NCBI GenBank assembly: GCA_964016885.1
Contig: OZ024761.1
Location: 3,224,001-3,288,000, forward strand
DNA length: 64,000 nt
Direction of reading: 5' to 3'
Origin: Eledone cirrhosa
Taxonomy: Eukaryota
Positions within the stretch are counted from its first letter, which is position 1; the number at the start of each line of letters is the position of its first letter. Below the pieces are notes generated by a model. That model saw only the letters and a program-made list of their open reading frames with translations. It was not told the DNA's origin and did not search any database. A program made the position numbers and the translations under genes. This document shows, piece after piece, positions 52,680 through 64,000 of this stretch.

Positions 52680-53645
52680 CGTGCTGGCCTCCCCACAGCC
52701 CCGGCGGACAGAATGGAGAAGGCGTTTCCCCGGAGGATGGTAAGGGAGATGCGCCGGAAGAGCCATTCCATCTCGTGAGGCTCACACCAACGGCTGGCCA
52801 GCTCAGAGATTATCGTGGTAATTAGGGAGGTAGCCCTAGGGCCAAGAACACCAGAAGTCTCCACTGCTACAGGTAGCCAGCTCAGCTACTATGGTGGTGA
52901 GTAGGGAGGTAGCTCTAGGGCCGAGGACACCAGAAGTCTCCACTTCCAGGGGCACGACCGCGAAGCTGTCGGAGAACGACCGGTACTTGAATAGTTTGCA
53001 CTCCTCAGCCTGAAGTGCAGCAGAATCTGGGTTTGTCGCAGACTGCATCAGCCTGCGGATGGAGAATGTCTCGCTACAAGTGGCATCCCAGACGAGGGGT
53101 TTGCCACTGCGGAACGGGAAAACGGACATACCGTCTGGCCTTTTCCCATCCCCTCGGTCCAGCCCCACCGGCTCGAGATAGGAGAGGAAGCCTGCAGCAT
53201 CCAAGCCATGCTTTATGACCTCGTTGAGGGTGGAAGGCGGTGGCACTTTAGCGACGGGAAAGCGGGTGGAGGCCGAAAGAATCCACCGTGGATCCGCATC
53301 TATATTTGTGTGGCTCGCTGATTCGGAGGCCAAGCCTCAGGGAAACCCCGATGCGCAGGATATCATTATCCAGCTGCGTACCAGTGGAGAATGAGGGTAA
53401 AGAATGGAGCCAGGCACCGCTGTGGGGTTGTTAGGCCGCGCGAAAACATGCAAGGCGATGTTGGTCGAGCTGGCGCACTAGCCAGTCTGAGGCCAGGTTG
53501 CACTAGGGGGGGGGGACTTGACGTCACCATGGGGAGAAGGAGGAGGGACGTCTACTGAGCTAAGTCCACGCCGGTCGCACGTCTCGCAGGCGGCCTTACG
53601 CTCCTCGATCACAGTGGGTTCCACGTGGTTGTGAAAAAAGCTTGA
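52680..53645 (-). mobile_element. CRE-clade retrotransposon 3' part (RLE)
   Basis: [12 protein letters not shown]; EPVGLDRGDGKRPDG..LVWDATC..KY..VETSG..RGNA. Confidence 0.88.
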
Positions 53646-54318
53646 TATTGAACACCCCAATACTCGTGGCTGTGATCAAATCCAGGTATTGAACACCCCA
53701 ATACTCGTGGCTGTGATCAAATCCAGGTATTGAACACCTCAATACTCGTGGCTGTGATCACAGCTAGATATATTGAACACCTCAATACTCGTGGCTGAGA
53801 TCAAATCCAGGTATTGAACACCCCAATACTCGTGGCTGTGATCAAATCCAGGTATTGAACACCCCAATACTCGTGGCTGTGATCAAATCCAGGTATTGAA
53901 CACCTCAATACTCGTGGCTGTGATCACAGCTAGATATATTGAACACCTCAATACTCGTGGCTGAGATCAAATCCAGGTATTGAACACCCCAATACTCGTG
54001 GCTGTGATCAAATCCAGGTATTGAACACCCCAATACTCGTGGCTGTGATCAAATCCAGGTATTGAACACCTCAATACTCGTGGCTGTGATCACAGCTAGA
54101 TATATTGAACACCTCAATACTCGTGGCTGAGATCAAATCCAGGTATTGAACACCCCAATACTCGTGGCTGTGATCAAATCCAGGTATTGAACACCCCAAT
54201 ACTCGTGACTGTGATCAAATCCAGGTATTGAACACCTCAATACTCGTGGCTGTGATCACAGCTAGATATATTGAACACCTCAATACTCGTGGCTGAGATC
54301 ACAGAGAGATATTGAACA
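53646..54318. repeat. Minisatellite of 41/43-bp monomers in a 166-bp higher-order repeat, four copies
   Basis: Monomer starts 53646, 53687, 53728, 53771, 53812 and on, in an A-A-B-C pattern. Confidence 0.92.
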
Positions 54319-54749
54319 TTTTATTAATACTATATAAACGGAGAAGTAAGTATACAAGGAGGCAATAACAATTACGAATGCAGTAATACTCTTATCTAAT
54401 AGAGATAAAATATAGATAGGTTTTGTGAGGGATGTAGGGGGAGGCAGTGTAGAAGACCTTCACATGTATATAGGTGTATATGTATAACTATATGCTATGT
54501 ATATATGTACATATATACATATATATACATATACACACATATATATAGAATGTACATATATACACATAAAGATATGTGTGTATGTATGTATATGTGTATA
54601 TATTTACACACACACATATATATATATTTATATATACATATAGATGTATATATATACATATATACATATACATACCTATACACATATATATATACACACA
54701 CAAACACACACACAAACACACACACACAAACACACACACATATAAGTAT

Positions 54750-55800
54750 ATGCAGTGAATACAAAGATGTCAACCTCATCCTGCAAAAACCCTCATCCCA
54801 CCTTAACAAGGAATGCCTGGTGAAAAATATAGTATACCAGTACAAGGTTAAGACCCCTAAAATTAAGTACGTAGGTGCAACATCTACGAGTTGTAAAGAC
54901 AGATGTTATAACCACCACAACTCTTTTAGCAGGGGTAGATAAACGAAAGAGCACAGCCCTTTCAGAACTGATTTGGAAGCTCAAATCGGACAATATCCCA
55001 TATTCTTTGGTATAGTCGGAAGTTAGAGAAGGATCCCCCTGACGGAGGTGAGTCTAGCATTTGTAGGCTGAATGAGATCCTCGATATACTCAGAGGTGGG
55101 AGGCAGATTATTAATCGTAGGGCTGACTTCTTTAGTAATTCATGACACCAAAACAAGGGTACTTTAGCAAACATGCCAAGTAGGGCTCTTAACGGACTAC
55201 ACCCGCATAATGTTTCGTACTTACCTTTCGTAGTTGTGCTAGGATTCACGCCAAGATTTCCACATACTGAAATAATTCTATTAGGTAGCTATACATATAT
55301 ACTACCATCAATATTATAGTGAATAAAGCGTTGGCAGAGCTCGATCATGGGACTTGCTGCACACCCCACATTGATAGCCCTTCTTTGAGAATGTAAATAT
55401 ATGATTCTCGCTAAACTCTGTCACAATATTCTTCCTCCAGTTATTATTGTATCAGAATTGTTACTATATGAAAGTGACCAATGGGAATGCACCATATTAA
55501 CACCATAGATGAAAGCAGTGTGATGATACGTTACCATGACGTTGCCATAACAACATCAACAACTGATAATATCAGAAAGTAAAAATAACCTCTAAAAACA
55601 TTATTTTCTCAAAGAAAAACTTTGTTTTCTGTGTTGCTTCTGTCTGAAGGTGTCATGGGTGTTGAGTTGTCTGAAGAGGTCATAGCTGTTGAGTTGTGGC
55701 TATCACCTCTTCTAACTGTCTGAAGAGGTCATAGGTGTTGAGTTGTGGTTATCACCGAAATGGTTATAAAAGAAGTAAATTATGAAATGTTGACTTATAC
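54750..55800 (+). mobile_element. Decayed Naiad-like GIY-YIG fragment and pseudo-LTR with degenerate HHR (about 55640-55777)
   Basis: CLVKNIVYQ..YVGATSTSCKDRCYNH; CTGAAGA-GGT..ACC-GAAA-TGGTTA-TA with triplicated 5' half. Confidence 0.7.
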
Positions 55801-55804
55801 CTCT

Positions 55805-55846
<42 letters not shown>

Positions 55847-55931
55847 AATAACGAAACGAAATTAAATTTCGTTTCGTTTGTAACTCACTTTTGTATGACT
55901 GACGCTATATTTAACTTAATTGTTTATATAT

Positions 55932-56402
55932 ATATTAATAAATGGAAAGTATCTTTATAATACCATATTTATTTTATTATACGTATTTCAAGGACACAAA
56001 ATTTAGTGTGCTTTCATCAGATAAAATATAATATTTTGTGTTAAGATATTGACATACCTTAGCGTAGACTTAATAATATAAGCTCGCTCACGAGAGTGAG
56101 GTAAAATTTCAAAATCACAATTTACATCCCGTGTGATTTTAAATTTTTACCTCACTGCGAGCTTATACTATTAAATCATACTAAGGTATATCAATATCTT
56201 AACACAAAATATTATATTTTATCTGATGAAAGCACACTAAATTTTGTGTCCTTGAAATATGTATAATAAAATAAATATGGTATTATAAAGATATTTTCCA
56301 TTTATTAATATTATTGATATTAATAATACTCCAGATAAAGTGTAGAGTGCTTAAAATTAACTTTGTTGAATGATAATCAACAAACCATATAACTCATTGT
56401 TT
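55932..56402. mobile_element. Non-autonomous fold-back element, family F copy 3, with an HHR on each strand (- 55970-56028, + 56215-56273)
   Basis: About 380-bp inverted repeat 55932-56311; TATTTTAT-CTGATGA-AAGCACAC..GTGTCCTT-GAAA-TA(C/T)GTA-TA-ATAAAATA. Confidence 0.85.
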
Positions 56403-56892
56403 ATATATGCGTGTGTGAGTGTGGGTGTTCCGAAGAGATTGTTTTGTTAAAAACAGGAGCAAGCAGGAGAAAGCTCTCAACATTCATAGTTTGTAGTTAA
56501 GATGGAGATTCGGTATAATTATAACATTAATAAAGATGCTGATGCTACATAAATCGTTTATTAATTATAATTATTTCAACGATGCTACATAAATCAAGAT
56601 GTAATCAAGATGTAGTTCAAGCATTTGTTGTTGTTATGAGAACGGTATCCTTAGATGAAATTCGATTTTGTGATATGCCGCCGGCAGGAACAACACGTGC
56701 TTCTTCTCGTGAGTGGTTGTGATAAACGCTAACAGGCGAGAAACAGACTGTTGATCACTCTCCATTTGTGTTTGTGACTACTTTAAAACTGATAGCGAAT
56801 GGTCTTCAAAATGTTTTTAATTAAACATACAGTATATTGCCAAATATACAATGCATACATTCCTGTATACATCCCTATTTCAGAGCACCAAT

Positions 56893-56952
<60 letters not shown>

Positions 56953-57081
56953 GTGTATAATGGTAGCTATGGTGCTTCCATAGGCGGTATGCCAAAATTA
57001 GCATTCAATATTCAGCAGAGTAGAGTGTAGATAGTATAAGGAAAACGAACAATCAGTGATGCATCTGGACTTGATTTATTG

Positions 57082-57172
57082 CGTGTTACAATTGTTTCAC
57101 CGGCAGGTAGCTCCAGACATGGTTCCTGTATGGATCTGGCTGATTCTACGGCTGCAGGTTCTTTCAGACACG
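57082..57172 (-). ncRNA. Hammerhead-like motif with extended core and long stem II
   Basis: CGTGT-CTGAAAGA-ACC..GGT-GAAA-CAATTG-TA-ACACG. Confidence 0.6.
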
Positions 57173-58085
57173 GGTAATTCGTTCGGGGAAGATTTTATCA
57201 CTGGGGTGTTATCATCAAAAAACAACAACCTCTTCCACTCTTGTCATGCCATTGGCTGTTTTTACTCCACGTCATCATAAGTTCTGGTCAGTATTTACTG
57301 CTACATGGGTCATCAGCTATTTTCTGTCCGACACACTTCAATGGAGTCATGCTGGGTTCAGTATCTCACACGTCTGTTCACACTCCAGAGTAAGCACCCA
57401 CACATACGAATATACACACAGACCACCACACACATACATATATGTATATATACACACACACGTTCTTCCTCACTTCCACGGACCCAGGCACACCCACTTC
57501 TAGATACATACCGCCACAAGCCTTTTAACGGCTGCTTAAGTCGCGCCATATATCCGGTCGGACAAGCATGGCCTACGCAAACATGCACATATACGCACAC
57601 ATACGCGCGCACACATACATGCGCACAACCTTATATACATTTATATATATACACTCATTCACACACATATATACATACACACATATATATACATACATAT
57701 ACACACACACACATATATATATATATACACATGCACACACATACATACAAAATACACATACGTACACAAAATTACATACACACATACATACACACACACA
57801 TATATATATATATATAACTATATATATATATATACAAAAAACACTACATGCATACGCACACCCACACACATACATATATACATGCAGACATATATACATC
57901 TACACCTGCACATATGCATATTTGCTTACACACACATGTGCTTCCACATATAGATATATAAACAAAACCGTAAATTAAAAATACATTTTATAATAAAAAC
58001 ACAATATACCATAAAATAACGGTAAAATAACATAACATAAAATATAAAATATAAAGTATAAAATATCAATATAGTATACAATACA

Positions 58086-58147
<62 letters not shown>

Positions 58148-58255
58148 GGTTTGAGGTTGACCACTGGATAGAGCTGGTCTATTCCGTATGGTCAATCTTG
58201 ATGTAATAATATGGAGAGTACGTTACACAAGTCCAGCCTCCTGTCATTTTATTAT

Positions 58256-58324
<69 letters not shown>

Positions 58325-61300
58325 CACACATTCATACATACATATACGGATATTCAAAGGATATATGATAAAATAATAGGGACGAGACCAACCTCATAGT
58401 AGCAGCCAGAAAGACGGTAATTAGATTCGAAGACAAGTTATGGGAGAGGAGGGACAGACTCGACAGTTTCGATATCACCATGGAGTCGAGTGACTCGGCG
58501 CAGGTGACAGACCTTGTGGGGATATATCTAATCCATAGGCTGACGGAGGAGATCCCGGGGATCGGAGGTGGAATATACAGAGACGGCATACTTTTCATCT
58601 TCCGTTCCCTTAACCCCAGTCAGATGGAGCGTATGAGGAAGCGCATATCGCATTTTTTTTAACAACACGGCTTATCCGTGACAATAGACCCTAGCACTAA
58701 GACGGTCAATTTCCTGGACGTTACTTTGGAAATGAATACGGGCATCCACAGAGCGTACCATAAGCCCAACGAAAACCTGCAATATTTGAACAGGCAATCG
58801 AATCACCCTAAATCAGTCATAGAAGCCATAGTTAAAGGGGCATCCAAACGCGTATCCACCCTGACGTCGAACGCAGAAGTGTTTAAACAGCACGCCAAAT
58901 ATAATGAGGCACTGCGCAGGGCCGGTTACACAGACACCATACTATATACCCCGGACAGAGTAGAGCCTAGTGATGAGGCGTGCAGAAATGCCAATAGCGG
59001 GGGCGCCTCCTCAGGTAGAAGAAATGAGCCGGTAGCAGTATCCAGGAACACAAATAGCAACACAACTAGCATTAATGACGCAGGACCGACCGGAGGTAGG
59101 ACAAAGGCGCCCATAGGAGCCAGACCACCCAGTAGGCGGATGCATGGGCCTGGCATGCATACTGCAAGCTCCGCGGCAACTGGGACCAGGGACAGGACAT
59201 CGACAAATACGAACGGGGCACACGCCAGGGAGCACGCCCAGCCTGGTTGTAGTGGTACAGCACCGACAGCAGCATCACATAGACCTAAGGGGAATAGACG
59301 AATAGCTGACTACATAGAACGACGTAACTTTATAACTGTAGGGCATAACCCCGACTCCCATAGCGGGCAAATAGACAGAGACAACACACGGGATGTAATT
59401 GTGGTTGGGCCGAGCACGGGACGGACATCGAGTCCTGTGTACACCAACAAGAATCCACGCACACGAAGGAACAGATCTAAGGCCATTACTTGGTTTAATG
59501 CGCCTTACTCCAAACATGTACGTACCAACGTGCCAGGACTTTTTTCCGAGCGTTGGATGAGTACTTTCCGCCGACGAACAAGTACCACAAAATCTTCAAC
59601 CGCCACACGGTGAAGTTTTCCTTCTCCACGGCACCTAATATGGCCGACTACATGGCTAAAACTAACGCGGTGAAGATGGCGCACACTGGCCGTCAACCGC
59701 GGCGACAGAGTGACCGTCTTTTGGAGCGCGGAGAATCATCCAGGGACCTGCCCTCAAATGACAACCCTTCCCACGAGGCGACCAGAGCGCCCGCGGAGGG
59801 TGATGTGGTCCAGCGCCGAGAGGGAAATAGTGGCATGGGGAGACAACAGTGTCGGCGGTACAACACCCTGAGAATCTTGAAAGGGCCATAGCAGATCGAG
59901 GCCTGGACATCGGATGCATAAGAACTGACAACAGAACTTGTAACTGCAGAGCGGGCACCCGATGCCCCCTACAGGGAAAATGCCTGATGAAGGACCTAAT
60001 ATACAAGTGTGTGGTTACAACCCAAAACGCGCATCGCACCTACATCGGCGCAACATCCACGACCTTTAAATCGCGGATGTATAATCACACGAATTCCTTC
60101 AGGGACCGTAGCAAAAGGCACTCCACTAGGTTAACGGACCTGGTGTGGACCTGAAAGACCAAGGCACTCCGTACGCCCTGGAGTCGAGTATCGTTCGCCA
60201 CGCGAGGGCATATTCGGCCGGAAATAGAAAGTGCCGATTCTGTCTACACGAGGCCATGGAGATAGTCAGAATGAAAGATGACGCCGTCAACATGAAGTCT
60301 GAAATTATCATGACCTGCAGACACCAGAGAAATGCACATTTGCAGCATGGAATCCTCCGGGTGGCGCAGGCCGGGGGCATGGGAACGGGTACGGATAGAC
60401 CAGGAATGGCCCAACGGGATTAGGGGACCTGACGCCATGCCCTGATGACAGTGTGCGACCCGTGAGGCAAACATATGTAAACTAGGGGCGCACCTGACCG
60501 AGTACACAACATTGGAAGATACATCGCATGGGCCGGGACCGGATAACACAGGGTCCACTGCCACCCGGTCCGATACCCCAAACATATAGAACAGCACACC
60601 CCAGCCACGGTGCCATTCTCCATGACGACCGGGCCGGGCGTCCCCTTGAATGTGTACCCCGTCAATCGTGACTATATACTCTGCACATGTTCCACTTTGA
60701 AACAATGATTATTACTGTCATTATTGTTCTATTATTGTTCTGTTACTGTTACTTGTTCTATATACGGACACAGGTTTGTACCTCATACTACCTGTGTGTA
60801 GTATATCACACGGATACACGCACCTTCTCCTGTACCTCCACCCCATTTTTTATTTTGCCCCTTTTTTCATGTACCTATTTATGAAGTTACAGATTTTAGT
60901 ATATCCTAAAATATTGTAAATTTTTTTTTTTTTTTTTAATTTCATGTTATTTTATTATCCTATTGTGTTTACATTCGGGTGTTTTTATGTGTGGACCTGT
61001 GCGTAGGTATATGTATGTGTGTGTGTGTGTAGATAGATATATACGTGGGTGTGTTTGAGGGGTGTATATGGACACGGGTACGTATATGCATGAGCTTATG
61101 AGCGCGTGTATGTGCAGACATGTGCATGTATGTAAGTATGTGGCAGAGTGTGTGTGTATGTATATGTATATACATATATATATATGTGTATATATAAATA
61201 TATATATGTATATGTATATATGTGTGCGTATGTACGTATAGCTACGTATGAGTAGGTGTGTGTATGTGGGTGCGTAAGTGTGTATATATATATGTGTGTG

Positions 61301-62509
61301 GGTGCGGGTGCATGCATATGTGGGCCTCTATATATGTGTATGTGTATTTGTGTATAGATGTATATGTTTATGTGCATCTCACAGGAATGTGTACAGATGA
61401 TTATATATGGAGTATATATGCATTTTATTACTATTATTCTTTTTGTATTATTTTATCATATATCCTTTGTATATATCCGTATATGTAAGTATGAATGTGT
61501 GTACATGTGTGTATATATATATATAAATATATACATATATATATATATATTATACTGTATACTATATTGATATTTTATACTTTATATTTTATATTTTATG
61601 TTATGTTATTTTACCGTTATTTTATGGTATATTGTGTTTTTTATTATATAATGTATTTTTAATTGAGGGTTTTGTTTATATATGTATATGTGGAAAAATG
61701 TGTGTGTAAGCAAATATGCATATGTGCAGGTGTCTGCATGTGGCAGTCCGTGTGCGTATGCATGTAGTGTTTTTTTTTGTATATATATATATATGTGTGG
61801 GTATGTATGTGTGTATGTAATTTTGTGTACGTATGTGTATTTTGTATGTATGTGTGTGCATGTGTATATATATATATATGTGTGTGTGTATATCTATGTA
61901 TGTATATATATGTGTGTATGTATATATGTGTGTGTATGAGTGTATATATATAAATGTATATATGGTTGTGCGTATGTATGTGTGCGCGCGTATGTGTGTG
62001 TATATGTGTATGTTTGCGTAGGCCATGCTTGTCCGACCGGATATATGGCGCGACTTAAGCAGCCGTTATAAGGCTTGTGGCGGTATGTATCTAGAAGTGG
62101 GTGTGCCTGGGTCCGTGGAAGTGATCAAGAGCGTGTGTGTGTTTATATACATATATGTATGTGTGTGGTGGTCTGTGTGTCTACGCATGTATGCGTCCGT
62201 GTGTGTATGCATGCATGTGTCTGTGTCTGCATGTGTGTGTATATATATGTGTGTGTATATTCGTATGTGTGGGTGCTTACTCTGGAGTGTGAACAGACCT
62301 GTGAGATACTGAACCCAGCATGACTCCATTTAAATGTGTCGGATGGAAAATGGCTGATGACCCGTGTAGCAGTAAATAGTGACCAGAACTTATGATGACG
62401 GAGTAAAAACAGCCAATGGCATGACAAGAGTGGAATAGGTTCTTGTTTTTTTTAGGGTGTTTTTTTATGATAACACCCTAGTGATAAAATTTGCTCCGAA
62501 CGAACTACC

Positions 62510-62600
62510 CGTGTCTGCAAGAACCTGCAGCCGTAGAATCAGCCAGATCCATGCAGGGACCGTGTCTCGAGCTACCTGCCGGCGAAACAATTGTAACACG
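62510..62600 (+). ncRNA. Hammerhead-like motif, inverted copy with mutated core
   Basis: CGTGT-CTGCAAGA..GAAA-CAATTG-TA-ACACG. Confidence 0.5.
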
Positions 62601-63574
62601 CAATAAATTAAGTCCAGATGCAGCACTGATTGTTCGTTTTCTTTACACTATATATATATATATATATATAATTACATAAACGGAAAAAGTTAATAGTGAT
62701 GCCCCGACCAATTTCCAACTCACTCAACAAACATTAGGAAATACCGGGCCATAATCCCAATTAAACGTTTGGAGTGCTAACTATATTGTATTGTGTGGAT
62801 AATTGGGTGTATTATTTTATATGAGATATATAAAAGATCTCATTTCCCAAACGAATCGTTTCATTATAAGATTTCTACATTATACCAAGCTATATAGAAA
62901 CTTGTGTAAGATCAATGGATTCTTATGAAAGTGGGCCCTTATAAATCTTCAGTGGGTGCCCGATAATATTAATATTATAACTAAATCAACATCAATATTT
63001 AGCGATAATCACCATCAGTGCTAGAAGGAGCTGTTAGGTTGTAAGTCCTGCAGTTCGAAAGAAAATCTTATACTGTCCCCAAAATGGAAGGTGGAGGCTA
63101 CCGTGAAAAATAATATATATATATATATGTATATATACAAAAATGCAAGTAAAGAGGCAGGCTGTGTGGTTACTGAAACCAAAGTGTAAGATGGTAATAG
63201 GGACGTAAACAAGAGAAGAAAAGTAGCCCTTCATCAGCTGTTTACTACGGATCATAGATGATTAAGGGCCACTTTTCTTTTGTTGTTTATGTCCCTATAT
63301 ATATATATATATATATATATACAGCCGATTTTTCAAAGAAGGACAGAGGAAAAAGATTTAGAGGAAGATTCGACCACAATACTGGACTAGTACTTTATTT
63401 ATCGACCTCGTTAAACGCCAAAATTTACTTCAGCTGGATTTAAAATGAGAGAATAGAGCTGGAAGGAATACCTGTTACGTTCTAACTACTACTTCAATTT
63501 GTCACCTACAACAACAACAATAATTATCTCCCCACACCTCATACACAGGCACTCCTACACACACATACAGCATT

Positions 63575-64000
63575 ACCACAACCGCCATCTCACCACCACC
63601 ACCATCTCAACACCACCATCACCTCCACAAATACCACCACCGACACAACTACCACAACCATCTCACCACCACCACTACCACCACCACAGGTTTTCAGTCA
63701 ACTGGAAAAGTCATGCTTCACTTCCTTCCGGTTGGTGGACAGATAAAACATTATATATTTACCTTGGGACGCACCACACCACCTCCACCACCACCACCAC
63801 CACTACCACCACCACATCGCTACCACTACACCACCACCCCACCACCACCACCACCACCACTACCACCACTACCACTACACCACCACACCACCACCATCAC
63901 CACCACCACCATTACCACCACCACCACTACACCACCACCATTACACCACCACCACTACACCAACACCACACCACCACTACCACTACACTACCACCACCAC
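63575..64000. repeat. (CAC)n-rich simple repeat
   Basis: Direct inspection. Confidence 0.9.

Larger units (their letters stand above)
56950..62650 (+). mobile_element. Naiad-like PLE (RT about 58376-59650, GIY-YIG to 60423) with inverted pseudo-LTRs of about 1.05 kb (57033-58090 and 61545-62650)
   Basis: DITMESSDSAQVTDLVG, YRDG, NFLDVTL, SNHP, WFNAPYS, CNCRAGTRCPLQGKCL, YIGAT, CRFC, CRH; the arms are reverse complements. Confidence 0.88.

Noticed and set aside
53646-54318. CRISPR-like array
   Set aside because: No unique spacers, no cas genes, eukaryotic context; it is a tandem minisatellite
54750-55160. Selenocysteine-encoding Naiad (in-frame TGA near the terminal CRH motif at about 55143)
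   Set aside because: The TGA falls at the Arg position of a decayed copy (likely CGA to TGA); the conserved Cys codons checked in the other four Naiad-like copies are TGT/TGC
55932-56311. Classical DNA-transposon MITE
   Set aside because: Ends are asymmetric (tail on one side only) and the arms carry HHR motifs, which fits a PLE origin better; not formally excluded

Overview
This is AT-rich, microsatellite-dense eukaryotic DNA made almost entirely of decayed, nested retroelements; no intact host gene, rRNA, genuine tRNA gene or CRISPR array is supported. The repeat content suggests an invertebrate, probably a cephalopod such as Octopus (inference). It contains: (i) four same-orientation R4/Dong-like RLE non-LTR elements piled into (TAA)n tracts (1.4-12.4 kb); (ii) Tx1/L1, RTE, CR1/L2 and CRE elements; (iii) about 14 copies of a tRNA-derived SINE with a Meta-like core; (iv) many Penelope-like elements (PLEs), both Naiad-like (YRDD RT, CxC..CPL..C linker, GIY-YIG) and YVDD Penelope/Poseidon-like. 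The main signal is a dozen or more minimal type-I hammerhead ribozyme (HHR) motifs and repeated fold-back insertions in (TA)n tracts. These include a small ORF-less family (33.0, 46.6, 55.9 kb) whose two best copies carry a complete HHR on each strand, with compensatory stem II changes. The fold-backs share a geometry: one arm has a 3' tail, the other stops about 45-60 nt past the HHR cleavage site at a TA microhomology. Two CRE-associated minisatellites show higher-order structure. All alignments and folds were done by eye; most tracked ORFs over microsatellites are artefacts.
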